The position numbers and the translations under genes were made by a program. This document shows, in pieces, positions 53,616 through 62,444 of a stretch of DNA of 64,000 nt. A model generated the notes under the pieces. It ran no database searches and was not told the DNA's origin. It was given only the letters and a program-made list of their open reading frames with translations. Position 1 is the first letter of the stretch; each line of letters opens with the position of its first letter. Origin of the DNA: Fermentimonas sp. (lineage in GTDB: Bacteria > Bacteroidota > Bacteroidia > Bacteroidales > Dysgonomonadaceae); assembly GCA_028709385.1 (NCBI GenBank), contig JAQVXD010000002.1:43721-107720 (forward strand), read 5' to 3'.

Positions 53616-56432
53616 ATGAACAAGAACAGACTTTTCCTACTCGACGCTTACGCATTAATATACAGAGCCTATTATGCATTTATAAAATTCCCGAGAATTG
53701 ATTCGAAAGGAAGAAACACTTCTGCAATATTTGGTTTTATAAATACACTTGAAGAGGTTCTGAATAAGGAAAATCCTACCCATATTGCAATTGGATTTGA
53801 CCCTGAAGGCCCTACTTTCCGTCATAAAGAATATGAGCAATATAAAGCCCAAAGGGAAGCTACCCCTGAAGTGATTAAAGCTTCTATCCCCTTTATTAAA
53901 GAAATTATAAAAGCATATAATATCCCAATACTTGAAGTACCCGGATATGAAGCTGATGATGTAATAGGGACAGTTGCAAAAAATATGGACAGAGAACTTT
54001 TTGATGTTTATATGATGACGTCGGATAAAGACTATGGCCAACTTACAGAACCAACAATTTTTATCTACAGACCAAAATATGGCGGGAATGACTATGAGAT
54101 ACTGGATGATAAAAAAGTTGTAGAAAAATATAACATCGAATTCCCGTCACAGGTGATTGATTTACTTGGATTGATGGGTGACAGCTCTGATAATATTCCA
54201 GGATGTCCGGGTGTAGGTGAAAAAACTGCTGTGAAACTACTAAAGGAGTTCGGTACAATTGAAAACCTGCTAGAAAATACAGATAAACTAAAGGGGGCTT
54301 TGAAGCGTAATGTTGAAGAAAACCGTGAGCAAATTCTGTTTTCAAAGTACCTTGCAACAATTAAGACGGATGTCCCTATTGAAGTTAGTAGTGACGATTT
54401 GTTGCTCAAAGAAAAAAATGAGAATGACGTTAGAGCTATATTTGAAGATCTGGAGTTCAGAACACTGCTTACTCGTATTTTCAGACAGGAGGAAGCTGCA
54501 AAAAGCTCTGATGTAGCTGTTCAGGGCGAATTATTTGGTGCAAATCCATCTTACAAAGAAACAACTGAATCTTCTGATTCTAAGTCTCATATAGAATCCG
54601 ATACAAACAATATATCCGATTTGACAGATATTCATACAACCAAGCATGACTACAAAATGGTTGTTACTGAAAAGGAAATGCAATCATTATGCAAAGTTCT
54701 ACTTGAACAGGAATCGGTCTGTTTTGACACTGAAACTACCGGCATGGATCCTTTACAGAGTGAATTAGTTGGTATGTCATTCGCATACAAAGAGGGTGAA
54801 GCATATTATGTACCAATATCTGATAAGCAGGATACAGCACAAAAACAGGTAGATATATTTAAACCCTTTTTTGAGAATGAAAAGATAGAAAAAATCGGTC
54901 AAAATATTAAATATGATATTCTTGAACTGCGAAATTACAGGATTAAGGTTAAAGGAACGTTGTTTGACACCATGGTAGCTCACTATTTGATTAATCCGGA
55001 ACTCCGCCATGGTATGGATTATATGGCCGAAACATACCTTAACTATAAAACTATCCACATAGATGAGCTGATTGGTCCAAAAGGCAAGAATCAAAAGAAT
55101 ATGAGGGAAATAGACCCTTCAATTGTATGTGATTACGCCTCAGAAGATGCAGATATAACACTAAGACTCAAAAACATACTGGAAAAGGAAATTATAAAGA
55201 ATAATCTCAACAGACTTTTTTATGATATAGAGAGCCCGTTGATTTATGTTCTTGCTGATATGGAATGGACGGGGGTGAGGTTGGATCTTGAAGCTCTGGA
55301 AGAACTGTCTAAGCAATATACAGGTGAACTTGAGCTGATTGAAAAAGAGATAATAGAAATGGCAGGGATTGATTTTAATATCAACTCACCTAAACAGACA
55401 GGTGAAATCCTTTTTGACAGACTTAAGATAATAGATAAACCTAAAAAAACAAAAACAGGGCAATATAAAACAGGGGAGGAAGAGCTAGAGAAAATCAGAT
55501 CTAAGCACCCAATAATAGGCAAAATTCTGGAACAGAGGGGAGTGAAGAAACTACTGAATACCTACATTGATGCGTTTCCCCTACTTGTGAATCCTAAAAC
55601 AGGTAAAATTCATACCTCCTTTAACCAGACAGTTGCTGCAACAGGTAGATTAAGCAGCACAAATCCAAACCTTCAGAACATACCAATCAGGGATGAGAGA
55701 GGGAAAGAGTTGAGAAGAGTTTTTATCCCTGACGACGGCTGCTTGTTTGTTTCTTCGGATTATTCGCAAATTGAGCTAAGGATTATGGCTCATCTTAGTG
55801 GTGATGAAAATATGATAGAAGCTTTTAATAAAGGCCAGGACATACATTCTGCTACTGCTTCCAAGATATTTAAAATTCCTCTGGAAGATATTGATCAGGA
55901 TATGCGCAGAAAAGCTAAGACTGCAAATTTTGGTATTATTTACGGTATAACACCCTTTGGTCTGTCGGAAAGACTCACTATACCGCGTTCTGAAGCAAAA
56001 GGTCTGATTGATGAGTACTTCAGCACATTTTCAGGTGTTAAAAAGTATATGGAAGAAAGTATAGAAAAAGCCAGGGAACATGGTTATGTTGAAACTTTAT
56101 ACGGACGTAAAAGATATTTACCGGATATAAGTTCGCGCAATGCAACCGTAAGGGGGTTTGCCGAACGTAATGCTATTAATGCTCCGATACAAGGTAGTGC
56201 AGCTGATATAATCAAAGTTGCAATGGTCAGAATCTTTAACAGACTTGAGCAGGATAATAAAAAGTCCAAAATGATATTACAGGTTCATGACGAATTAAAT
56301 TTCAATGTCGTTCCGGAAGAACTTGACTATATACGTGAGATGGTTGTTGAAGAGATGGAAAATTCATTTAGTATGAATGTTCAACTTAAGACTGAAATTG
56401 GAGTGGGAGAAAACTGGCTGGTTGCACACTAA
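53616..56432 (+). CDS. polA: DNA polymerase I
   Basis: 5'-3' exonuclease (YEADDVIG, GDSSDNIPG), DTET exonuclease motif, TGRLSSTNPNLQNIP, DYSQIELR, QVHDEL. Confidence 0.98.
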   Translation: MNKNRLFLLDAYALIYRAYYAFIKFPRIDSKGRNTSAIFGFINTLEEVLNKENPTHIAIGFDPEGPTFRHKEYEQYKAQREATPEVIKASIPFIKEIIKAYNIPILEVPGYEADDVIGTVAKNMDRELFDVYMMTSDKDYGQLTEPTIFIYRPKYGGNDYEILDDKKVVEKYNIEFPSQVIDLLGLMGDSSDNIPGCPGVGEKTAVKLLKEFGTIENLLENTDKLKGALKRNVEENREQILFSKYLATIKTDVPIEVSSDDLLLKEKNENDVRAIFEDLEFRTLLTRIFRQEEAAKSSDVAVQGELFGANPSYKETTESSDSKSHIESDTNNISDLTDIHTTKHDYKMVVTEKEMQSLCKVLLEQESVCFDTETTGMDPLQSELVGMSFAYKEGEAYYVPISDKQDTAQKQVDIFKPFFENEKIEKIGQNIKYDILELRNYRIKVKGTLFDTMVAHYLINPELRHGMDYMAETYLNYKTIHIDELIGPKGKNQKNMREIDPSIVCDYASEDADITLRLKNILEKEIIKNNLNRLFYDIESPLIYVLADMEWTGVRLDLEALEELSKQYTGELELIEKEIIEMAGIDFNINSPKQTGEILFDRLKIIDKPKKTKTGQYKTGEEELEKIRSKHPIIGKILEQRGVKKLLNTYIDAFPLLVNPKTGKIHTSFNQTVAATGRLSSTNPNLQNIPIRDERGKELRRVFIPDDGCLFVSSDYSQIELRIMAHLSGDENMIEAFNKGQDIHSATASKIFKIPLEDIDQDMRRKAKTANFGIIYGITPFGLSERLTIPRSEAKGLIDEYFSTFSGVKKYMEESIEKAREHGYVETLYGRKRYLPDISSRNATVRGFAERNAINAPIQGSAADIIKVAMVRIFNRLEQDNKKSKMILQVHDELNFNVVPEELDYIREMVVEEMENSFSMNVQLKTEIGVGENWLVAH

Positions 56433-56884
56433 TGCTTGACGGCTTTGCTGAATATGGCTACTGGGGATTGTTGCTTGCTTCATTTCTTGCAGCAACTATT
56501 CTTCCATTCAGTTCGGAAGTGGTTTTTGCAGCTCTGATTGCAGCCGGACTGGACTTATGGACTCTGATATTATATGCCACAATAGGGAACGCTGCCGGGG
56601 GTGCTACATGTTATTATCTGGGACGTTTAGGTAAAGTGGGGTGGATTGAAAAATGGTTTAAAATTAAACCGGAAAGTATAGAAAAAACAGTTCAAAAACT
56701 TCAGGGTAAAGGAGCACTGATGGGTTTCTTTGGATTTCTGCCTGCAGTCGGCGATGTGATTCTGGTAGCATTGGGTTTTATGAGAGCAAATACAACTGTA
56801 GTTATGATTAGTATGGCTATCGGAAAGTTTTTGCGATATCTGATTATCGGTTATGGTACCGGGGAAATTATAAACTGGATTTAA
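56432..56884 (+). CDS. YqaA/DedA-like (VTT domain) membrane protein
   Basis: SFLAATILPFSSE, GN..G...Y.LGR, GKFLRY; TAATG overlap with polA. Confidence 0.85.
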   Translation: MLDGFAEYGYWGLLLASFLAATILPFSSEVVFAALIAAGLDLWTLILYATIGNAAGGATCYYLGRLGKVGWIEKWFKIKPESIEKTVQKLQGKGALMGFFGFLPAVGDVILVALGFMRANTTVVMISMAIGKFLRYLIIGYGTGEIINWI

Positions 56885-56934
56885 AAATTTCTTAGTTTTT
56901 TGTCAATTTCACTAATTTAAGAAGTTAAGAAGTA

Positions 56935-57714
56935 ATGTCAACAATATTATTTAAAGAAATAGTTTTCGGTCCTGTGCACAGTCGCAGGATGGGAAGTTCA
57001 CTGGGTATCAACCTACTGCCATACGACGGCAAATTATGCTCATTTGACTGCATTTACTGTGAATGCGGATTTAATAAAGATTTTCGCACAAAAACAAAGC
57101 TGCCTGACAGAGAAAATGTTAAAGCAGCTCTCAAAGAAAAGCTGACACTTCTTAAAAAAGAAGGCACAACGTTAGATGTGATAACTTTTGCAGGTAACGG
57201 TGAGCCGACGATGCATCCGGATTTTATTGAAATAATTGAAGATACAATAGAACTGCGTAATCAGTTTTATCCTCAAACGGAAATAACTGTACTTTCTAAT
57301 GGTATGCATTTAAAGAATCCCGGAGTTTTTGAAGCACTTAAGAAAATAGAAAAACCTGTTCTTAAACTTGATTCAGCCTTCGATGAGACAGTCAGGCTTA
57401 TTGACCGCCCTAACTCACCGGATTACAGAGTAGCAAATCAAGTTGAATTATATAAAAAGTTCAACGGTAACTTTATTCTTCAAACAATGTTCCTTAAAGG
57501 TGAGTTTGAAGGAAAGCATGTAGACAATACAACGGAAAAAGAGATTTCAGCATGGCTGGAGCTCCTTAGGTCGCTTAAACCGAGAGAAGTGATGATTTAC
57601 ACCATCGACCGGGAAACACCGACAGAAGGCCTCGAAAAGGCTTCATCCGACACTCTCCAAAAAATTGCATCCAGGGTGGAAGACCTCGGAATTAAGACAA
57701 ATGTTGCAGGGTGA
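56935..57714 (+). CDS. Radical SAM protein of unknown function
   Basis: FGPVHSRRMGSSLGIN, CSFDCIYC (CxxxCxxC), FAGNGEPT. Confidence 0.88.
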   Translation: MSTILFKEIVFGPVHSRRMGSSLGINLLPYDGKLCSFDCIYCECGFNKDFRTKTKLPDRENVKAALKEKLTLLKKEGTTLDVITFAGNGEPTMHPDFIEIIEDTIELRNQFYPQTEITVLSNGMHLKNPGVFEALKKIEKPVLKLDSAFDETVRLIDRPNSPDYRVANQVELYKKFNGNFILQTMFLKGEFEGKHVDNTTEKEISAWLELLRSLKPREVMIYTIDRETPTEGLEKASSDTLQKIASRVEDLGIKTNVAG

Positions 57715-57774
57715 ACAAAATACCTGTTCAACGGTTATCAAAATAGACTGTATAAATTCAAATTTTAATAGATT

Positions 57775-58017
57775 ATGAAAATTTCCGTTGATATAAGCTA
57801 CTACCCACTTAAAGAAGAGTACAAAGCCCCGATAAAAAACTTTATCAAGGCTTTAGAGGAAAATGATAAAATAACTGTTAAAACAAACAGAATGTCAACA
57901 CAGGTTTTTGGTCCATTTGACGAAACCATGGAAGTAGTCACAAAATGCATAAAAGATGCTTTTGAACTGCCGGAATCAATTTTCATACTTAAAATCATAA
58001 ATATGGACCGAGAATAG
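57775..58017 (+). CDS. Small YkoF/thiamine-binding-like protein
   Basis: ISVDISYYPL...MSTQVFG pattern of this ferredoxin-fold family. Confidence 0.65.
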   Translation: MKISVDISYYPLKEEYKAPIKNFIKALEENDKITVKTNRMSTQVFGPFDETMEVVTKCIKDAFELPESIFILKIINMDRE

Positions 58018-58022
58018 TAATT

Positions 58023-59642
58023 TTATTCCTCTAAAAAACTGCAAAACTCTTTATAGCGAAAGTATAGTTTCTCATAAGTCTCCCTATACTCTTTACGAGG
58101 ATTATATTCGGTAAGTACACCCTGCCCCATAGCTGACTGTGCCTTTTCGACTGACTCGAAAAGGCCGGTTGCAGTTACAGCACACATAGCAGCACCTAAA
58201 GCACCTGCCTGTTGTGCAGTAGCAACTTTTATCGGTATTCCCATTACATCTGACAGAGTTTGCATTACATAAGAAGCCTTCAAGGAAATTCCACCGACAC
58301 CAATTACTTCGTTAATCGTTACACCCTCATTTTCAAGGTGCTCCAATATTGCTCTTGACCCAAAAGCTGTCGCTTCTACAAGGCTTTTGAATATCTGGGC
58401 AGGTGTTGTTCCTAAAGTCAAACCAGCAAATCCGCCTTGTACACTGGGATTGTTAAATGGGCTTCTACGTCCGTTAAACCAATCATTAGCAATCAGATCA
58501 GTCTCTCTAATTTCGAGTCGTGATGCCTCTTCAGTGATTCTTGATAATATCATTTTTTCGACGGATTCCTTTTCTGGCAGAGATTCTATTGTCCAGGAAA
58601 GAATATCCTTAAACCAGGCATATACATCACCAAAAGCAGATTGTCCTGCCTCAAGACCGGTAAGACCAGGAATAACAGAACCATCAACCTGCCCGCTGAT
58701 GCCTTTTATATTTTTTCCATCTAAATTTTCAGTTGAAGTAACAACAATATCACAAGTAGAAGTACCAATTATCTTAACCATAGTATTTACACCAATACCT
58801 GCACCAATAGCTCCGGCGTGAGCATCAATGATTCCCACCGAAACATGAACGCCTGGAGGCAATCTAAGCCTTTCAGACCACACTTCAGTTATTCTCCCAC
58901 ACAACTGATCATTTGTGTATGTGTCGTCGCTAAAACGCCCTGCAAATGCATTTAACAGTGGGTCTAATGCTGTAAGGAATTCCTTAGAGGGGTAACCACC
59001 CCACTCTGCTGCCCACATACCTTTATGTCCGGCAGCACACCTGCTCCTTTTTACTTCCTCTGGCTTAAGATTACCTGTCAAAAGAGCCGGAATCCAGTCA
59101 CAATGTTCAATAATTGAATAGGCTTTGGATCTTACTTTTTCATTAGTACGAAGTAAATGCAATGCTTTAGACCAGAACCATTCAGGAGAATAAGCACCTC
59201 CGGAACGTGACGTATAATTTATTTTCCATTTTCCTGCCAGATTGTTTATTTCTTCAGCCTCACGAATAGCAGTATGATCTTTCCACAAAACAAACATTGC
59301 ATCAGGATCATCCTCAAATTCAGGAAGCAATGCAAGTGGTATACCATTTGAATCTGTCAGGCATGGAGTACTTCCGGTTGTATCAATTCCTAAAGCTGTT
59401 ATATTTTCAATCTCACCTGGCGTAAGATTTTCAATCAAGCCATGTATTACTTCCTCTAAAGATTCTATATAGTCTTTGGGGTGCTGTCTATAACGGTTTG
59501 AAGATGCGTCACAATAAAGCCCCTCTTTCCAGCGGGAATAGAAGGATGTAAATGAAGCCAACTCTCTCCCTGTTGAACAGTTGACAGCAATTCCCCGGCA
59601 CGAGTCAGTTCCATAATCTATTCCGATAACAATCTTTTCCAT
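58023..59642 (-). CDS. araB: Ribulokinase (FGGY family, AraB-like)
   Basis: GIDYGTDS.R, GIDTTGSTP, LWKDHTA, YSPEWFWSK, CAAGHK, IIGTSTCD, EAGQSAFGD, DWFNGRRSP. Confidence 0.85.
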   Translation of the reverse strand: MEKIVIGIDYGTDSCRGIAVNCSTGRELASFTSFYSRWKEGLYCDASSNRYRQHPKDYIESLEEVIHGLIENLTPGEIENITALGIDTTGSTPCLTDSNGIPLALLPEFEDDPDAMFVLWKDHTAIREAEEINNLAGKWKINYTSRSGGAYSPEWFWSKALHLLRTNEKVRSKAYSIIEHCDWIPALLTGNLKPEEVKRSRCAAGHKGMWAAEWGGYPSKEFLTALDPLLNAFAGRFSDDTYTNDQLCGRITEVWSERLRLPPGVHVSVGIIDAHAGAIGAGIGVNTMVKIIGTSTCDIVVTSTENLDGKNIKGISGQVDGSVIPGLTGLEAGQSAFGDVYAWFKDILSWTIESLPEKESVEKMILSRITEEASRLEIRETDLIANDWFNGRRSPFNNPSVQGGFAGLTLGTTPAQIFKSLVEATAFGSRAILEHLENEGVTINEVIGVGGISLKASYVMQTLSDVMGIPIKVATAQQAGALGAAMCAVTATGLFESVEKAQSAMGQGVLTEYNPRKEYRETYEKLYFRYKEFCSFLEE

Positions 59643-59646
59643 ATAT

Positions 59647-61092
59647 TTAATTTACTGGTTCTACATCTTTCTTTCTTGCAATAGTCAGACTATAGAAAGT
59701 TATAATAATAAATGCTATAGCAGGAACCCAATAAGCAAATCTGATTTCTCCTGATTGATCTGATAGAATACCCTGCAACTGGGTTAACAGAGCAGCTCCG
59801 GCTATAGCCATTACCATTCCTGAACCTGCTATTTTGGTATCTTCTCCAAGATTTCTCATACCAAGACCATAAATTGTTGGAAACATTGCTGACATAAATC
59901 CGGAAATTGACATTAATGCATAAATACCAATAAATCCATCAGCATAGATTGCTAATAAGGAGGCTGTTATTGCAAGTATACCCAACCCTGACAAAATATT
60001 TACGGGCTTTATGTACTTCATTAGCCATGTACATATAAATCGCCCTATTACGAAAAGTATTAAAGATAATATGTAATATGTTGCTCCTGCTTGTTCTGCA
60101 GTGCGTGGAAGCAGTGCTTCAATACCCAGAGCCTCTGTTAAACTATAGAAACCACCGGCTATTGGCTCAACTCCTCTGAGGGCATTAATTACTTCATCCT
60201 GTGAGGGATTAACACCCAAACCTGCAATTACAGAATCAAAATTGAGTGTTTGCATAGCGTAACGTATGATAAATGACCAAACGGCAATCTGTGCTCCCAC
60301 ATAGAAAAACTGTGCAATCACTCCCCATATATAGTTTTTATTCTTTCTCAATCTTCCCCAAGTTGCTTTTAAATTCAGACTTTTATCATCATCTTGAGAT
60401 TTTGGCATTTTGGTAAATAATATCAATAAAAATAAAACAAGCATGATAACTCCCAAAATCATATAAGCCGTAGTTACTGCATTGAGTTCATTATATTGAA
60501 CAGAAGCTAATTCAGATCCGCCTAAAGCGGCTCTATCATCAGCCGTCATAGTATTAAGCTGAGATAAGACAAAGATCTGACTAACAAGTACACCGGTCAG
60601 AGCACCGAAAGGGTTAAACGATTGCGAAAAATTAAGTCTTCTTGTAGCTGTTATAGGATCACCCAAAGAATAAACGTATGCATTTGCTGATGTTTCCAAA
60701 ACAGACAATCCTGCAAAAAGAACAAAAATTGCAAAGAGATATGTTGCGAAACTTAATGGTGAACTTATATTATTGGCCAGCATTGCAGGATAAAAAAGCA
60801 TTGTTCCAAGTACACACAGCCCCAATCCCAGAAGTACACCGGATTTATAAGTATGCTTTTTAATAAAAATTGCACCCGGAAGAGCAAAACAGCCATATCC
60901 GAGCAAGTAACAGACAACCTGTATCCACGCAGTCTGAGTATCTGTAAGACTCATAATGCGCTTAAATGCAGCAAGCATTGTGTCCGTCATGTTATTAGGA
61001 ACTGCCCAGATAAAGAAAAGAGCTGTAAGAAGAATAAACGGGAATACTATCCCTGGCGGCACTAATCGATGTTTTTCTGTCTTTATATTCAT
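59647..61092 (-). CDS. FucP-like sugar:H+ symporter (MFS)
   Basis: LETSANAY, RRLNFSQSFNPFG, AQFFYVGAQ, FMSAMFPTIYG, VMAIAG. Confidence 0.88.
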   Translation of the reverse strand: MNIKTEKHRLVPPGIVFPFILLTALFFIWAVPNNMTDTMLAAFKRIMSLTDTQTAWIQVVCYLLGYGCFALPGAIFIKKHTYKSGVLLGLGLCVLGTMLFYPAMLANNISSPLSFATYLFAIFVLFAGLSVLETSANAYVYSLGDPITATRRLNFSQSFNPFGALTGVLVSQIFVLSQLNTMTADDRAALGGSELASVQYNELNAVTTAYMILGVIMLVLFLLILFTKMPKSQDDDKSLNLKATWGRLRKNKNYIWGVIAQFFYVGAQIAVWSFIIRYAMQTLNFDSVIAGLGVNPSQDEVINALRGVEPIAGGFYSLTEALGIEALLPRTAEQAGATYYILSLILFVIGRFICTWLMKYIKPVNILSGLGILAITASLLAIYADGFIGIYALMSISGFMSAMFPTIYGLGMRNLGEDTKIAGSGMVMAIAGAALLTQLQGILSDQSGEIRFAYWVPAIAFIIITFYSLTIARKKDVEPVN

Positions 61093-61195
61093 TTCTAGTA
61101 TTTTAGAAGATATTACTTTAATTTCTAGTGTATTTGATTTAGTCTCTTTTTTTTGGTGCTAATCAGAGAATTTTATTTAGAGAAACATTTAAAAA

Positions 61196-62443
61196 TCAGA
61201 AAACAGTTTTTACTGTTTCAAGACTAACACCTAATAGTTTTTCAGCAATCAGCGACAACTTACCCTCATCACCGACGAAATGAAATACGTTATGATTGTG
61301 CGAGAGAGACTCACCGGGATTGAGGAATGCAGCCGGTGAACTACTTTCCAGTTCGAGGAACGGGCCCATTATGCTGCCATCTTCCAATGGACCGTCGTTA
61401 TAAGCATTGAGAGCATCACCAACCAGAGGATCACTCTCTGGATTCCATTCCTGATTAAGATAAACAGAATTTGGATCAACATCAAAAGTAACCACCGTCA
61501 GTCTTTTAGAAATAGGATCATAATTACCTGCAATACCCTTTGTTCTATGTGCATTCATACCAAGTTTGCCTCTTGATTTGCCATCGGTTTTAAAATAGAT
61601 AATACCATCATTGTCAATCAACCTGTCAGCAGGTATTTGTCCAAAATAATCTGACTTAACAACTTCGTCTGATTTTATGACATCACCCTCATTATAAGGT
61701 ATTACTGTAACTGCTGAATCAGAAGGATTGTACATATCCAGCATCCAGATACATACAGTTCCGGTTTCCGAATTCCACTCAAAATCATTTTTATTTGTAA
61801 TTGTATTCAGAGTTGAATAAGCAACAGAGTTGACACCTTCGGGCAGATCAATTTTTAATCTGTTCTGTATCTCTTCTTCTGTTAATAATGAGATAGTGCG
61901 TTCTACTGATAAATCAAGCTCAGAACCTTTATAGTTATTCAGCTCTATATCTTTAACAAAAGTAGCCTCACTTCCTGAAGCATTTTTTATTTCCCACTCT
62001 TCAATATCAATAGCTTTGGGTGTGTGCCAGTTATCATACACCTGCTCGGTACCCGGTTCAAAAAATATTGAATAACCCCCACCTTCCGGGCCTAGCCAGA
62101 AACGGTTTTCTCCGCCAAAACCATTCATATGTTCATCTACTACACCCGAGTCGAAGAAATTGTAATTTACAAACCCGTGACTATTTCCTTCGAGTCCGTT
62201 TGCAGTTGAAGTAAATACCTTTGCCTGATACTTAGCTGAGAGAATAACCTGTGCCTTACCGTCATCTGATTTTAACAGTATGATACTATCTTTTTCTGAC
62301 AGATAATTCAGATCATATCCGAATGTCCCCTTTTCATACTCTTTTTCCATATTTTCTGTAGTTTTTTTATTTCCAGTACAGGATATTGCTATCAATCCAA
62401 ATATTAATAAAGCAGTAATCCGATAAATACTTTTAAGTTTCAT
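61196..62443 (-). CDS. DUF6786-like lipoprotein
   Basis: Lipobox ISC; GTFGYDL, YQAKVFTST, GGENRFWLGPEGG, NAYNDGP, GPFLELESSSPA. Family recalled from memory. Confidence 0.65.
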   Translation of the reverse strand: MKLKSIYRITALLIFGLIAISCTGNKKTTENMEKEYEKGTFGYDLNYLSEKDSIILLKSDDGKAQVILSAKYQAKVFTSTANGLEGNSHGFVNYNFFDSGVVDEHMNGFGGENRFWLGPEGGGYSIFFEPGTEQVYDNWHTPKAIDIEEWEIKNASGSEATFVKDIELNNYKGSELDLSVERTISLLTEEEIQNRLKIDLPEGVNSVAYSTLNTITNKNDFEWNSETGTVCIWMLDMYNPSDSAVTVIPYNEGDVIKSDEVVKSDYFGQIPADRLIDNDGIIYFKTDGKSRGKLGMNAHRTKGIAGNYDPISKRLTVVTFDVDPNSVYLNQEWNPESDPLVGDALNAYNDGPLEDGSIMGPFLELESSSPAAFLNPGESLSHNHNVFHFVGDEGKLSLIAEKLLGVSLETVKTVF

Positions 62444-62444
62444 A

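Noticed and set aside
57712-57774. TPP riboswitch before the YkoF-like gene
   Set aside because: The spacer is about 60 nt with only a small tgaaca/tgttca hairpin and no CUGAGA or other TPP core motif.
61091-61129. Direct repeat atttctagt twice, 30 bp apart, at the permease start
   Set aside because: A short AT-rich 9-mer, compatible with chance.
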